From positions 6,612 to 70,611 of the IMG/VR virus record IMGVR_UViG_3300025151_000028: a DNA stretch of 64,000 nucleotides; one strand, written 5' to 3'. Below are positions 48,294 through 58,411 of this stretch, in pieces (the stretch's first letter is position 1; the number at the start of each line of letters is the position of its first letter). The translations under genes were made by a program, and so were the position numbers. Below the pieces are notes generated by a model, which was given only the letters and a program-made list of their open reading frames with translations, searched no databases and was not told where the DNA came from. The DNA comes from a virus.

Positions 48294-50579
48294 ATGAGAT
48301 TAGAAAATCAAAAACAATCAAACGTCCTAGAAACAGGACCAGCTAACAAGAGCATAGGAATGTCCCTAGACTTAGATTCTGCACAGGTATTGATGCAGAT
48401 GTTAAGTAAGAATCTGTATTCAGATGCAATAGGCTCTACAGTTAGAGAGTGTGCCAGTAATGCACTGGACAGTCATAGAAGAGCAGGAGTGAATAAACCT
48501 ATCGTGGTATCTCTTGTAAGAAATGACAGTAACAATTATGAATTCTCTGTTGAGGATTTTGGTGTTGGTCTAGACGCAAATGATGTAGAGAAGATTATCA
48601 GTAAGTATGGTAAGTCTACAAAGCGTGATAGTGATACAGAGCTTGGTATGATGGGTCTTGGTTTCAAGGCCCCTCTAGCTTATGCTAGTAGCTTCTACTT
48701 TAGATGTAGAAAAGATGGTGTAGAGCGTAAGTATATGATGTATGAAGGTGAGGAAACTAACACTATTGATCTAATATATGAGAAACCAACAACAGAAGGT
48801 AATGGTGTTAAGGTGATTATACCTATCAAGTGGGGAGATCGTTGGGACTTTACAAGTAAAATTAAAGAGCAGCTTGCTTATTTTGAGCATGTGTATTTTA
48901 ATGTGGATGATGTAGATAATAACTTTGTGATTCATAGATCCAACTTGTTTCAGTTCTCTGAGCTATCTTCTGACAACTATCTGCATGTATGTCTTGATGA
49001 TGTATACTATCCACTAGACTTTAAGAAGCTTGATATAGATAGAATAGAAATACCTGTAGGATTGAGACTTAGTTTGACAGATGGTGTCTTTCCTACACCA
49101 AACCGTGAGGCTCTTAGGTATACACCTGAAGCAAAGAAAGCTATTCTAGAAAAGATTAAACGCTTTGCTAATGTAATGACACAACGTTACAATCAGTCAG
49201 TCACTGTAAATAGTGATGTGTATGCTGTATTGAAATACTATACAAATAGCAGTAGATATATCAAGATGTTTGGTCAGGAGTTTGACTATAATCAGCTTGC
49301 TAAGTTTGCTACAGCTAGAATTGCTACACCTAAAATACCTGGTGTAAATACACTGGAGTTGCATACACTAAGTAATTATTCATTTACTACACTTCTTAAA
49401 AACTACAGACGCTCATACAAATATGAGAATGGTAGAATGTATGAAATTAAATCTGATAACACTTGGGCAGCACGTGTAGAGTGGGATGCAAAAGATAGAA
49501 GACACTATATACTTAATGGTGACATGCGAGGAAACAAGAAGGCCTATCTAAGAGAACTTGCAGAAGACCATGAATCTAGATGTGTGTATTTTATTAAGGA
49601 GAAATCAAAAAAGGATTACGTAAAACTTAAAGGGGCTCAGGGATACAAAGATCTTCTGAAGCTTAACAACTATCCTAAGGATCAGTGGAGAACTGTACTC
49701 AAAGAGTGGAGACACATTGAGAGTCTTTTACTTGCTGATCTTGTTGATGCTGATGCTATTGAGGTGCCTCAAGACTGGCTAGATGCTAGAAAGAATAATA
49801 AGGTGGCTAAGATGAAAGCAACTAAGGCTGCTAAAGGTGCAAAGCTTGAAGGTGATTTCAATTGTAAGATGGCTGATAATCTTCTTAGATATAATAGTGG
49901 TAGAAACTGTAAGTTTGTAGCTAATCGTTTGAATACTAAGGATATTGAAGAGGGTAGTACAGTGTATCTCTACACACATCATGATAACTTTATGGTTCTT
50001 GATAACATGTATGAGGACACTAGAAAGCTAAACATTAAATACATCACACTGTCTCAACGAGAACTAAAGATTATTGAAGACTCAGGAGAGACAATTGACA
50101 ATCTTGTGTCTTATGATGATTTTATTAAAGGGCATGAGTTGTTTGTTAAGATAGTTACAGCTGTACGTATTCACAGATTCGCTAAGAAGTATAATGATGT
50201 ATTTGAAAAGAGAAGCTATATAAAGCAAGTTAATGAAGAACTTGGAGAAAATCTAGAAGATCTTTCAACATATCGAAATGATTATCTACATTCTGGTAAG
50301 TACACCGAGTTTGGTGATCTTGATGCTTTGGTAAACATTGCTACAGAGAACAAGTTGTTTGATGCAAACTTTTATGTTTTACAAGAGAAGGTGCACCAGA
50401 CACTACGCACTCACTACTATTTCAATACACTTGCAAAGGTGATGGGTTATCAACACCTCAATGGGGAAATCCTAGATTGTATGGCACAACTAATGACATG
50501 TAATGGATTAGAAGTGAACGAAGACTATGAGTATAACTATCTAAAGGAAGCGCTGAAAGACAGCGAAGAAACAGAGTAA
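48294..50579 (+). CDS. rIIA: rIIA-like protein (N-terminal GHKL ATPase)
   Basis: LYSD...RECASNALDSH, DFGVG, YGKSTK, GLGFKAP, PNREAL. Confidence 0.85.
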   Translation: MRLENQKQSNVLETGPANKSIGMSLDLDSAQVLMQMLSKNLYSDAIGSTVRECASNALDSHRRAGVNKPIVVSLVRNDSNNYEFSVEDFGVGLDANDVEKIISKYGKSTKRDSDTELGMMGLGFKAPLAYASSFYFRCRKDGVERKYMMYEGEETNTIDLIYEKPTTEGNGVKVIIPIKWGDRWDFTSKIKEQLAYFEHVYFNVDDVDNNFVIHRSNLFQFSELSSDNYLHVCLDDVYYPLDFKKLDIDRIEIPVGLRLSLTDGVFPTPNREALRYTPEAKKAILEKIKRFANVMTQRYNQSVTVNSDVYAVLKYYTNSSRYIKMFGQEFDYNQLAKFATARIATPKIPGVNTLELHTLSNYSFTTLLKNYRRSYKYENGRMYEIKSDNTWAARVEWDAKDRRHYILNGDMRGNKKAYLRELAEDHESRCVYFIKEKSKKDYVKLKGAQGYKDLLKLNNYPKDQWRTVLKEWRHIESLLLADLVDADAIEVPQDWLDARKNNKVAKMKATKAAKGAKLEGDFNCKMADNLLRYNSGRNCKFVANRLNTKDIEEGSTVYLYTHHDNFMVLDNMYEDTRKLNIKYITLSQRELKIIEDSGETIDNLVSYDDFIKGHELFVKIVTAVRIHRFAKKYNDVFEKRSYIKQVNEELGENLEDLSTYRNDYLHSGKYTEFGDLDALVNIATENKLFDANFYVLQEKVHQTLRTHYYFNTLAKVMGYQHLNGEILDCMAQLMTCNGLEVNEDYEYNYLKEALKDSEETE

Positions 50580-50581
50580 TC

Positions 50582-50616
50582 ATGTGGGAGATTGTTTGAC
50601 AGTCTCCCATATTTTT
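50582..50616 (+). terminator. Probable terminator/attenuator between rIIA and rIIB
   Basis: TGGGAGAT-loop-GTCTCCCA then TATTTTT. Confidence 0.6.
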
Positions 50617-50649
50617 CGTATATTAATAAATAAATAACAATTAAAAAAC

Positions 50650-52164
50650 ATGAGTAAATTTTTAAGTTTGGAATGGTTCAAAAACAAAGTGGACCATTCA
50701 GTAGAGAAGGTAATTGAGAAGAAACTTGATACCTTAATGAACCAGCAAGATGAAGCAGCTGGACAACCATTTAGCAGTGCTAAGTTGGTAAATGATGTAC
50801 TAACTATTGTGATGAATGATGGTTCTGTAATTACTAAGATGGATGCTACGGAAGATCATTATGCAGCTGTACAGCTAGCAAAGAATGTAGCAGACTTATA
50901 TTCTATTGTTAGTGATCCTAGTGTTGTTAGTGAGAAAATTGAAGAGGAGAAAAGGATTGCAAGACTTTTAGCTCTTCGTGAAGGACTTTCTATTCTAAGA
51001 GAGAGTGGTGAGTTTACAGTGGATGGAGATAGTGTATACTTCAAAGGTATATCCAGGTCTCTACCACAACTACTAGTCGAAGAACTTATCGATGAGGTGA
51101 GTCGTGCTAAAGAGTTGGGTATTCCACTAAATGATTATGATGGATATCAGTCTCTCAAGAGATTCTTTATGTGGTGTGCACTTAATCCAAGAGCTGAGGT
51201 GGCACACGAGCTATACAGATTCTTGAAAGAGAACAGCTTCCGTATCACTAAGCAGGGATTCTTTGTAGCACTACGTAATGTTGTTACACTACATGGATCT
51301 CCAGAGCTTGTACACTTCATCTCTAATACATACAACAAAGTGAAAGCTGTATGGAAGAAGAGTCCAGATGACTACACTGTGTTCCTACAAAATGGTGAAT
51401 ACAAACTTGTGCATGATGACAAGTTATACCGTGAAGAAACACGAACCAGTACAGTTTGTAAAGAGTGCTGGGGAGAAGGTGGTTACTATAATTTTGATGA
51501 TACATATGCTGATCAAGATGAATGGGATGAAACAGAGTGGATAGAATGTGATAATTGTGGTGGAACAGGTGAAGTGGAAGAGTATGAGTACACAACAAAT
51601 GTTATGGTGGACCATGGAGAAGAGATAGGTAAACTTACAGCTCTATATCTAGACCTACCTAATAGACATGAGAATCGCTTCACAGATGATTGGACTAAAA
51701 CATTTGACATACGTGTAGGTAAGGTGGTTAACATGCCTAAAGAGCAGTGTAACTGGTCAACACAAGATTGTGCTGCAGCTGGTTTACATTTTACTTCTGA
51801 CCAGATACACTATGTAGGATGTGGTGATCAGTCTGTTCTAGTTCTTATCAATCCTATGAAGGTTGTTGGTATTGGGACACACAAGGGTAGATGCTATGAG
51901 TATTTGCCAATCATGACTGTACCAAGAGATGAGGCTACAGAGATTCTTCATGACAATCAGTTTGACACTCTACAGCTTGATGAAGAGTATGCAATCCGTG
52001 AGCTTGAGGATCTAGAAGCTAAGGTTCAGGAAGGGTTTGTATCTGAAAGTTCTAAGTATGAATTCAATTTACCAAATGTTAGCAGTGCTGACATACGTAA
52101 TATTGTAGGAAGCTTAGAAGATATGAAGGCTGAGATACGAGACAGAGTTGTATCTTTAGATTAA
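50650..52164 (+). CDS. rIIB: rIIB-like protein with Zn-finger insertion
   Basis: NP...ELYRFL...ITKQGFFVALRNV; VVNMP...CAAAGLH...INPMKVV...KGRC; follows rIIA. Confidence 0.8.
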   Translation: MSKFLSLEWFKNKVDHSVEKVIEKKLDTLMNQQDEAAGQPFSSAKLVNDVLTIVMNDGSVITKMDATEDHYAAVQLAKNVADLYSIVSDPSVVSEKIEEEKRIARLLALREGLSILRESGEFTVDGDSVYFKGISRSLPQLLVEELIDEVSRAKELGIPLNDYDGYQSLKRFFMWCALNPRAEVAHELYRFLKENSFRITKQGFFVALRNVVTLHGSPELVHFISNTYNKVKAVWKKSPDDYTVFLQNGEYKLVHDDKLYREETRTSTVCKECWGEGGYYNFDDTYADQDEWDETEWIECDNCGGTGEVEEYEYTTNVMVDHGEEIGKLTALYLDLPNRHENRFTDDWTKTFDIRVGKVVNMPKEQCNWSTQDCAAAGLHFTSDQIHYVGCGDQSVLVLINPMKVVGIGTHKGRCYEYLPIMTVPRDEATEILHDNQFDTLQLDEEYAIRELEDLEAKVQEGFVSESSKYEFNLPNVSSADIRNIVGSLEDMKAEIRDRVVSLD

Positions 52165-52170
52165 TTAATT

Positions 52171-52211
52171 GGGGGATAGCATTTATTTTGTATATTTGTT
52201 ATCCCCCTTTA
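52171..52211 (+). terminator. Hairpin terminator enclosing a -7 promoter element
   Basis: GGGGGATAGC/GTTATCCCCC stem; TATATTTG at 52191-52198. Confidence 0.55.
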
Positions 52212-52221
52212 ATTTAAACTT

Positions 52222-52623
52222 ATGGCAAAAAAGACAGTAAGAAAACCAAGAGTGCCACGTACTAGAAATGCTGGAACAATGACAGAATCAATGTTCTGGT
52301 CCATGATTAGGAGTGCTCTAAGACAGAAAAGCAGATGGTGGAAACCAATTGCTGAATGTAAGAAGTTAGCAAGAAGAGCGTACAAGGGAAAAAACAAAAG
52401 ACAGAAGTGGGAATATCTATGTAATAAATGTAAGAAGTGGTATAAGAGTGATCAAGTTAATGTTGATCATATTGAACCTGCAGGTAGTTTGAATTGCTCA
52501 AACGATCTTCCAGCTTTTGTAGACACTCTATTTTGTGAACAGGATAACTTACAGGTTCTTTGTAAAACATGTCACGATCAAAAAACTAACTTAGAAAAAC
52601 AATTAAAACAATTTAAAAAATGA
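52222..52623 (+). CDS. HNH endonuclease
   Basis: CNKC...VDHIEP...NLQVLCKTCH. Confidence 0.85.
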   Translation: MAKKTVRKPRVPRTRNAGTMTESMFWSMIRSALRQKSRWWKPIAECKKLARRAYKGKNKRQKWEYLCNKCKKWYKSDQVNVDHIEPAGSLNCSNDLPAFVDTLFCEQDNLQVLCKTCHDQKTNLEKQLKQFKK

Positions 52624-52832
52624 ACCACTTTATGAAACCAAAGCATTACGAATCAACATCTGAACAGGATGTAATTGATTTCTGCCAAGCTTATGATTTA
52701 TCTTTTACGAAGGGGAATGTAATTAAATACATTACTAGAGCAGGTAAAAAGGGTGATGAACTACAAGACTTACACAAAGCCTTGGATTATATACAAAGAG
52801 AAATAAAATTTATTAAAAACAAACAGAGATGA
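52620..52832 (+). CDS. DUF3310/SaV-like protein
   Basis: PKHY, GNVIKYITRAGKK, DLHKALDY. Confidence 0.8.
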   Translation: MNHFMKPKHYESTSEQDVIDFCQAYDLSFTKGNVIKYITRAGKKGDELQDLHKALDYIQREIKFIKNKQR

Positions 52833-53884
52833 TAAAGGGACAAACAAACACAGAAGCAAACTATAGGGCTGTCATGTTAGACAGCTCTAGTTCTTTAAAG
52901 GACTTTTCACTTGATAGAAAGAAATATTATAGAAAATATATCCTTAATGAACCAATTAACGAGAAAGAAACAGCAGCTGCTAATATGGGTAGACTTGTAG
53001 AAACCATGTTGTGGGAACCAGAACTATTTGATGAGAAGTTTATGTTATCAAACTGTGCAACTACACCTACAGGACTTATGTTAGAATTTGTAGAGGCACT
53101 ATATCGTGTCACTAGAGATGCTACAGATGAGTCTGGAGAGGTTACTAGAGATTTTGAGAGCTTATCAAGAGAAGCATATGACATATCTTCTTTCAAGATA
53201 AAGTATGAGGCTGTTATCAAGAAGTTCGTAGGCAGTGATGCAGAACTTTACTATCATGAGATTAGAAAAGTGAGAGCAAATAATCTAACTGTAGTTAATA
53301 ACCTAGAGATCACTATGGCTGAAAAGATTGTACAGACACTTAAATCAAGTTCTGTAACTTCTCACATTGTTAACCTTGTTAGTAGTGCAAGATACAGTGC
53401 TTTTTGTCAAGTGCAAGTTGAAGATTATCCTGTAGATGGACACTCTTTCAAGTCTATGATGGACTGGGTAGTGGTAGATCATGATGCTAAAACTATTCAG
53501 GTGTATGACTTGAAATGTACATGGAATGTAGAGAACTTCTTTGAAGAATACTATCTATATAGAAGAGCATTTATTCAAGCATTCTTGTATAAGAAAGCTG
53601 CACAACACATGGCTAATGATGACATGTTAGAATACTATGGGTATGAGGTACTTAATCCTAGATTTATTGTTTGTGATAGTGCAAACTTCTATAGTCCAAT
53701 AATATATACATTGTCTGATGAAGACATGAGTGATGCTTACCTTGGTTTTCAATACAAGGGTAGAACTTACACTGGTGTGAAGAGTCTGATTAGTGATTTG
53801 AAATGGGCAACAGAGAATAACATGTGGGACGTTAGCCAAGGAACATTCGAGGCTAATGGAGTAGTTAATATACGTAATAGATAA
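52829..53884 (+). CDS. PD-(D/E)XK exonuclease (RecE/ExoVIII-like)
   Basis: SSSSLK, KSMMDW, YDLK, QAFLY. Confidence 0.75.
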   Translation: MIKGQTNTEANYRAVMLDSSSSLKDFSLDRKKYYRKYILNEPINEKETAAANMGRLVETMLWEPELFDEKFMLSNCATTPTGLMLEFVEALYRVTRDATDESGEVTRDFESLSREAYDISSFKIKYEAVIKKFVGSDAELYYHEIRKVRANNLTVVNNLEITMAEKIVQTLKSSSVTSHIVNLVSSARYSAFCQVQVEDYPVDGHSFKSMMDWVVVDHDAKTIQVYDLKCTWNVENFFEEYYLYRRAFIQAFLYKKAAQHMANDDMLEYYGYEVLNPRFIVCDSANFYSPIIYTLSDEDMSDAYLGFQYKGRTYTGVKSLISDLKWATENNMWDVSQGTFEANGVVNIRNR

Positions 53885-53886
53885 TA

Positions 53887-54438
53887 ATGAAACTTAAGAA
53901 AACAATAACAAGCATATTTATGGTGCCAACTCTAATGGTTCCAAAGAACGCATTGAAACAGAATGGGTTCATAAATGCTTATTTAGATGATGTAGAACGA
54001 GATTTTAAATATGATGACGTTGTTTATCTCTTGTTCTTACCCACTGATGTAGCAAAATTTAGAGAATTCCTCGATGGAGAATATGAACGTACCACCTCTA
54101 TCATCGAGGATTATGATTATGAAGGTGGTTTTGTTGTGTTAGTATATAAACTTAATCCAGACTTTGATATAGACTTTTATTTAATTAGACAAGGTAGATA
54201 TTCTGAAACAAGTGAGAAGTTTCAAAAGATATTTCCAAAGGTTATAAAGATTAAAAAGCACGGACTACACAGAGATGAGATTAGTCTTCAATACAGAGTG
54301 TTTAATAAAACAGATGACATGATAGAGTATTGGGAAGATAAGCTCGGTATAGAGTGGGACGATAGTCTTGAAGTATGGGAAGGGTTTGATGAAAGTAAAG
54401 AGATACTTGACATAAACAAACTAAAAAAAAAGTGTTGA
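53887..54438 (+). CDS. Hypothetical protein
   Basis: 183-aa ORF. Confidence 0.75.
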   Translation: MKLKKTITSIFMVPTLMVPKNALKQNGFINAYLDDVERDFKYDDVVYLLFLPTDVAKFREFLDGEYERTTSIIEDYDYEGGFVVLVYKLNPDFDIDFYLIRQGRYSETSEKFQKIFPKVIKIKKHGLHRDEISLQYRVFNKTDDMIEYWEDKLGIEWDDSLEVWEGFDESKEILDINKLKKKC

Positions 54439-54456
54439 ATTAACAAAAAAATAATT

Positions 54457-54855
54457 ATGGATGCAGAAAAACTAATGAATGAAAATCCTCTTACAAAAGC
54501 TAAACTAAAAGAGTGGTTTTTAGATAAACTTATGGCTTCAGCAAACGAGTTCAAAGAAGATGATTCTTTTAAAGAATTTATGATTAACTCTGGTATTACA
54601 GATGATCAAATAACAAGAGTATTTAAAGATGGTGGTAGAGCCAGTTTAGATATGTTTGATGAGAATGATGTAGTAGTAAACATAATACATGACTGGAAGA
54701 CAAAGAAGTTCTCTTATCGTATAAATGATGAGAAACAGACTGGTAAATACTCTTTAAGAAAAGAAGCAGAGAAGCATGCAATGCAGAAAGCTGTAACTAT
54801 TCTTGAGTCAAAATTAACTGAAAATAAGGAAACAAATGACAACCCAGAGAATTAA
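54457..54855 (+). CDS. Hypothetical protein
   Basis: 132-aa ORF. Confidence 0.7.
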   Translation: MDAEKLMNENPLTKAKLKEWFLDKLMASANEFKEDDSFKEFMINSGITDDQITRVFKDGGRASLDMFDENDVVVNIIHDWKTKKFSYRINDEKQTGKYSLRKEAEKHAMQKAVTILESKLTENKETNDNPEN

Positions 54856-55222
54856 AGAACTAGTAGAAGATTACTTTAATCTAGATCTATCAGAGAAGAC
54901 CAGAAAGAGAAATGTAGTTCACATTAGATTCTTATATTACAACTTGGCCTATAACCATGCGTCAGATGGTATGAGTTTAACTGCTGTAGGTAACACTATT
55001 GGTGGTTTTGATCACGCTACTGTGCTGTATGGCCTTAGACAATACAAGAACTTATATGAATTCGATAGAGCTTTTAGAAACAGAATCAATCCATTTCTTA
55101 ATGAAGTGGAGGAAGAACTTAATAAAAGTAGCATCGAAGGTAAGAGAACTATACATAGACAAATAAGGAGAATGAAGGAAAGAATCTTTCAAATGGAGAA
55201 ACAATTAGAGGAAATATCTTAA
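54836..55222 (+). CDS. DnaA domain IV-like DNA-binding protein
   Basis: RKRNVVHIR...SLTAVG...GGFDHATVLYG. Confidence 0.75.
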   Translation: MTTQRIKELVEDYFNLDLSEKTRKRNVVHIRFLYYNLAYNHASDGMSLTAVGNTIGGFDHATVLYGLRQYKNLYEFDRAFRNRINPFLNEVEEELNKSSIEGKRTIHRQIRRMKERIFQMEKQLEEIS

Positions 55223-55237
55223 ATTTTACAAATAATT

Positions 55238-55402
55238 ATGAGAACAATTGGAAAAATTATAGTAGATTTGCTTTCCAGCAATCACATTTCAGCTGAGGAA
55301 GCTGAATTATTGATCACCCACCTTTCAGAGAATAAAAGACCTTCAGGTTATCAACCTGGATGGACTTCTAGTCCCTATTGGTATCAAACAACCACATTAT
55401 GA
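55238..55402 (+). CDS. 54-aa hypothetical protein
   Basis: Own translation MRTIGKIIVDLL...; ATGA overlap with next gene. Confidence 0.55.
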   Translation: MRTIGKIIVDLLSSNHISAEEAELLITHLSENKRPSGYQPGWTSSPYWYQTTTL

Positions 55403-55728
55403 GAACAGCAAAACAATTTAATCAGACATATGAATTAGTTTGCACTGGAGAAGGACTTACAATAGAAGTGCCTGCTGTAGTACAGTTCTTAAACTTAGCA
55501 TTCATAGACTTCTTGAGAATAGAGGGATTTGAATATAAAGAAATCTCAACAATTCGTGGAATACCTAGAGTTGATACTAATCTTCCAGATCTTATGCCTT
55601 ATATAGGTAGAGTAATTCAATCAGAATTGGAAGAAAAGATATCGCTCATGTTAAAGGTTGAGTTTGAAATCGAAGAAAGGTTAAGATCTATAAACTTAGA
55701 CAAAAACGGTAACCCATTAACACTATGA
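55399..55728 (+). CDS. Hypothetical protein
   Basis: ATG at 55399; ATGA overlap with nrdB. Confidence 0.65.
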   Translation: MRTAKQFNQTYELVCTGEGLTIEVPAVVQFLNLAFIDFLRIEGFEYKEISTIRGIPRVDTNLPDLMPYIGRVIQSELEEKISLMLKVEFEIEERLRSINLDKNGNPLTL

Positions 55729-56705
55729 ACAAAAACATTTTTATGCCAAGGGTCAATATTCTCCCATATGAATATCCACAATTACTAGACTACAAAGATG
55801 CTATCAGACATTCCTACTGGATAGATACAGAATTCAACTTTACAGAAGACATACAAGACTTCAAGGTAACCATCTCTAATGAAGAGCGTGATGTTATCAA
55901 GAAGACTATGCTTGCTATTGCACAAATAGAAGTCAACGTAAAAACATTCTGGGCTGATATGTATAAGCGTATGCCTATTACAGAGATTGGGGATGTGGGG
56001 ATGACATTTGCTGAGTCAGAAGTTAGACACAAAGATGCATATGCTAGACTATTGAGAATACTTGGCCTTGAAAAAGAGTTTCAAAGTGTTATAGAGGTTC
56101 CAGCTATAGAGGGTAGACTTAAGTACCTAAAAAAGTACTTAGATGGTACAAGATCTAGAGACAATAAAATGTATACTAAGTCTGTATTATTATTCTCTTT
56201 GTTTATAGAGCACGTAAGTTTATTTAGTCAGTTCTTAATTATGATGAGCTTTAACAAAGAAAGAAATGTACTGAAAGGTATATCTAATGTTGTTGAGGCT
56301 ACCAGTAAAGAAGAAGAGATACATGGTAACTTTGGTGCTGAGATAATTAATATTATCAAGAAAGAAAACCCTGAGTGGTTTGATGATGAGTTTGAAAACT
56401 TAATATATTCAGCATGTAAGAAAGCTTACAAAGCTGAGTGTGGTATATTAGATTGGATCTTTGAAAAAGGAGAGCTTAACTTTCTACCTAAAGAAACAAT
56501 TCAACACTTCATCATGAATCGATTCAATAATTCTTTGAAGAAGATTGGAATGAAACCAATATTTGATGTAGATAAAGAACTAATTGCATCAACAAAATGG
56601 TTTGACATAGAAATCACTGCTACTAAAGAAGGAGACTTCTTTTATAAAAAGCAGGTAGATTATAATAAAAAGAGTAAGAGTATAACTGTAGACGATTTAT
56701 TTTAA
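55725..56705 (+). CDS. nrdB: Ribonucleotide reductase class I beta subunit
   Basis: SEVRHKDAY, IEHVSLF, EEEIH, DFF. Confidence 0.93.
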   Translation: MNKNIFMPRVNILPYEYPQLLDYKDAIRHSYWIDTEFNFTEDIQDFKVTISNEERDVIKKTMLAIAQIEVNVKTFWADMYKRMPITEIGDVGMTFAESEVRHKDAYARLLRILGLEKEFQSVIEVPAIEGRLKYLKKYLDGTRSRDNKMYTKSVLLFSLFIEHVSLFSQFLIMMSFNKERNVLKGISNVVEATSKEEEIHGNFGAEIINIIKKENPEWFDDEFENLIYSACKKAYKAECGILDWIFEKGELNFLPKETIQHFIMNRFNNSLKKIGMKPIFDVDKELIASTKWFDIEITATKEGDFFYKKQVDYNKKSKSITVDDLF

Positions 56706-56706
56706 A

Positions 56707-58335
56707 ATGGAATATAAAAGATATTACTGGCTTAACGAAGACAGTAGAACATTTTTGTCCAGAGGATATCTAGATGAATCCCCTGAGCAAAGAGTAAGAG
56801 ATATAGCTAACATTGCTGAAAAGTATTTAGCTATTAAAGATTTTGCTTGTAAGTTTGAAGACTACATGGCAAAAGGATACTATTCACTATCAACACCTGT
56901 ATGGATTAACTTTGGTAAACAGAAAGGTTTACCTATTAGTTGTTATGGATCTAATGTAGATGATACACTAGATAGCATACTTAATGCAGGCCGTGAAATA
57001 GGTATGATGTCTAAGTATGGTGGTGGGACAAGTGCCTACCTAGGTAACATTAGACCAAGAGGAACTAGTATTAGTACTGGTGGACAAGCTGATGGGCCTA
57101 TTCACTATGCTAGAATGTATGACACTGTAGTAGATGTATGTAAACAATCTGCTGCTAGACGTGGAGCATGTGCTGTATACTTACCTGTAGAGCACGCAGA
57201 CATAGAAGAGTTTCTAGATATTGGTACAGAGGGTAATCCTATTCAGAATCTTCAGTATGGTGTAACAGTTAGTGATGCCTGGTTGAAGAGTATGAAAGCT
57301 GGTAGTAAAGAGAAGCGTAAGATATGGGCCAAGATAATCCAAAGACGTAATGAGTTTGGATTTCCATACATTATGTTCTCAGACAACTCAAACAATGAGA
57401 CATCTCCATACAAGGAATTAGGATACAAGATTACAGCATCTAATTTGTGTAGTGAAATACAACTACCTACAGACAGCTTTAATAGTTTTGTATGCTGCTT
57501 AGGATCTATCAACTTGTTGCACTGGGATGAGATAAAAGAAACAGATGCTATAGAAACATATGTACTGTTCTTAAATGCTGTAATGAATGAGTTTGTTCAA
57601 AAGGCAGAACATCTTCCTGGTATGAGAAGAGCATATAGATTTGCAAAAGAGCACAGGGCTATTGGTGTAGGTGTATTAGGATATCACTCCTTGTTCCAGT
57701 CTAAGCTTATAGAGTTTGAATCACTGGAAGCTAAACAACTTAACCATCAGATTTTCAAGACGTTAAAAGAACGTACTGAAGATGCATCTAGATGGTTACA
57801 TGATGCTAAAGGATACAAGTCTATCAGAGAAGGGTATGCTAATACTACTCTTATGGCTATAGCACCAACTAAATCTAGTTCATTTATACATGGTGCTGTA
57901 TCTATGGGTATAGAACCTATTAAATCTAACTACTTCATCAAGGATCTTGCTAAGAGTAAGACAGTGTATAAGAATCCGTTCTTAGAAGCTGAGCTTGAGA
58001 AGTATGATCTAAATAATGATGAAACTTGGGAGTCCATCTTAAAGAAAGATGGGTCTGTCCAACATTTAAAATTCCCTACAAAGGGAGTATTCAAATCATT
58101 CATAGAGATTAGTCCTAAGGAGATAGTTCTTCAAGCTGCTCAAAGACAAAAGTTTATTGATCAGTCGCAGAGCTTGAACCTTATGATAGATCCTAGTGTA
58201 CCAGCTAAAGATATCAATCAGTTATATCTTTATGCACATGAAGAGGGTGTTAAAACACTCTACTATCAGTTCAGTCAGAGTTCAGCACAAGCGTTTGCAC
58301 GTAATATTCTAGAGTGTGCAAGCTGTGAGGGCTAA
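56707..58335 (+). CDS. nrdA: Ribonucleotide reductase class I alpha subunit (no ATP cone)
   Basis: STP, ISC, GGG, SNLCSEI, APT, DQSQS, KTLYY, CASC. Confidence 0.95.
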   Translation: MEYKRYYWLNEDSRTFLSRGYLDESPEQRVRDIANIAEKYLAIKDFACKFEDYMAKGYYSLSTPVWINFGKQKGLPISCYGSNVDDTLDSILNAGREIGMMSKYGGGTSAYLGNIRPRGTSISTGGQADGPIHYARMYDTVVDVCKQSAARRGACAVYLPVEHADIEEFLDIGTEGNPIQNLQYGVTVSDAWLKSMKAGSKEKRKIWAKIIQRRNEFGFPYIMFSDNSNNETSPYKELGYKITASNLCSEIQLPTDSFNSFVCCLGSINLLHWDEIKETDAIETYVLFLNAVMNEFVQKAEHLPGMRRAYRFAKEHRAIGVGVLGYHSLFQSKLIEFESLEAKQLNHQIFKTLKERTEDASRWLHDAKGYKSIREGYANTTLMAIAPTKSSSFIHGAVSMGIEPIKSNYFIKDLAKSKTVYKNPFLEAELEKYDLNNDETWESILKKDGSVQHLKFPTKGVFKSFIEISPKEIVLQAAQRQKFIDQSQSLNLMIDPSVPAKDINQLYLYAHEEGVKTLYYQFSQSSAQAFARNILECASCEG

Positions 58336-58375
58336 CTAAGTTAATTATAAAAATGTATGCTTCTAACAAATTTAG

Positions 58376-58407
58376 TTTGGTAGTTTAAAATACATTTTAT
58401 AACTTTG
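58376..58407 (+). promoter_or_regulatory. Consensus Bacteroidota promoter
   Basis: TTTG-N20-TAACTTTG. Confidence 0.65.
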
Positions 58408-58411
58408 AGCT

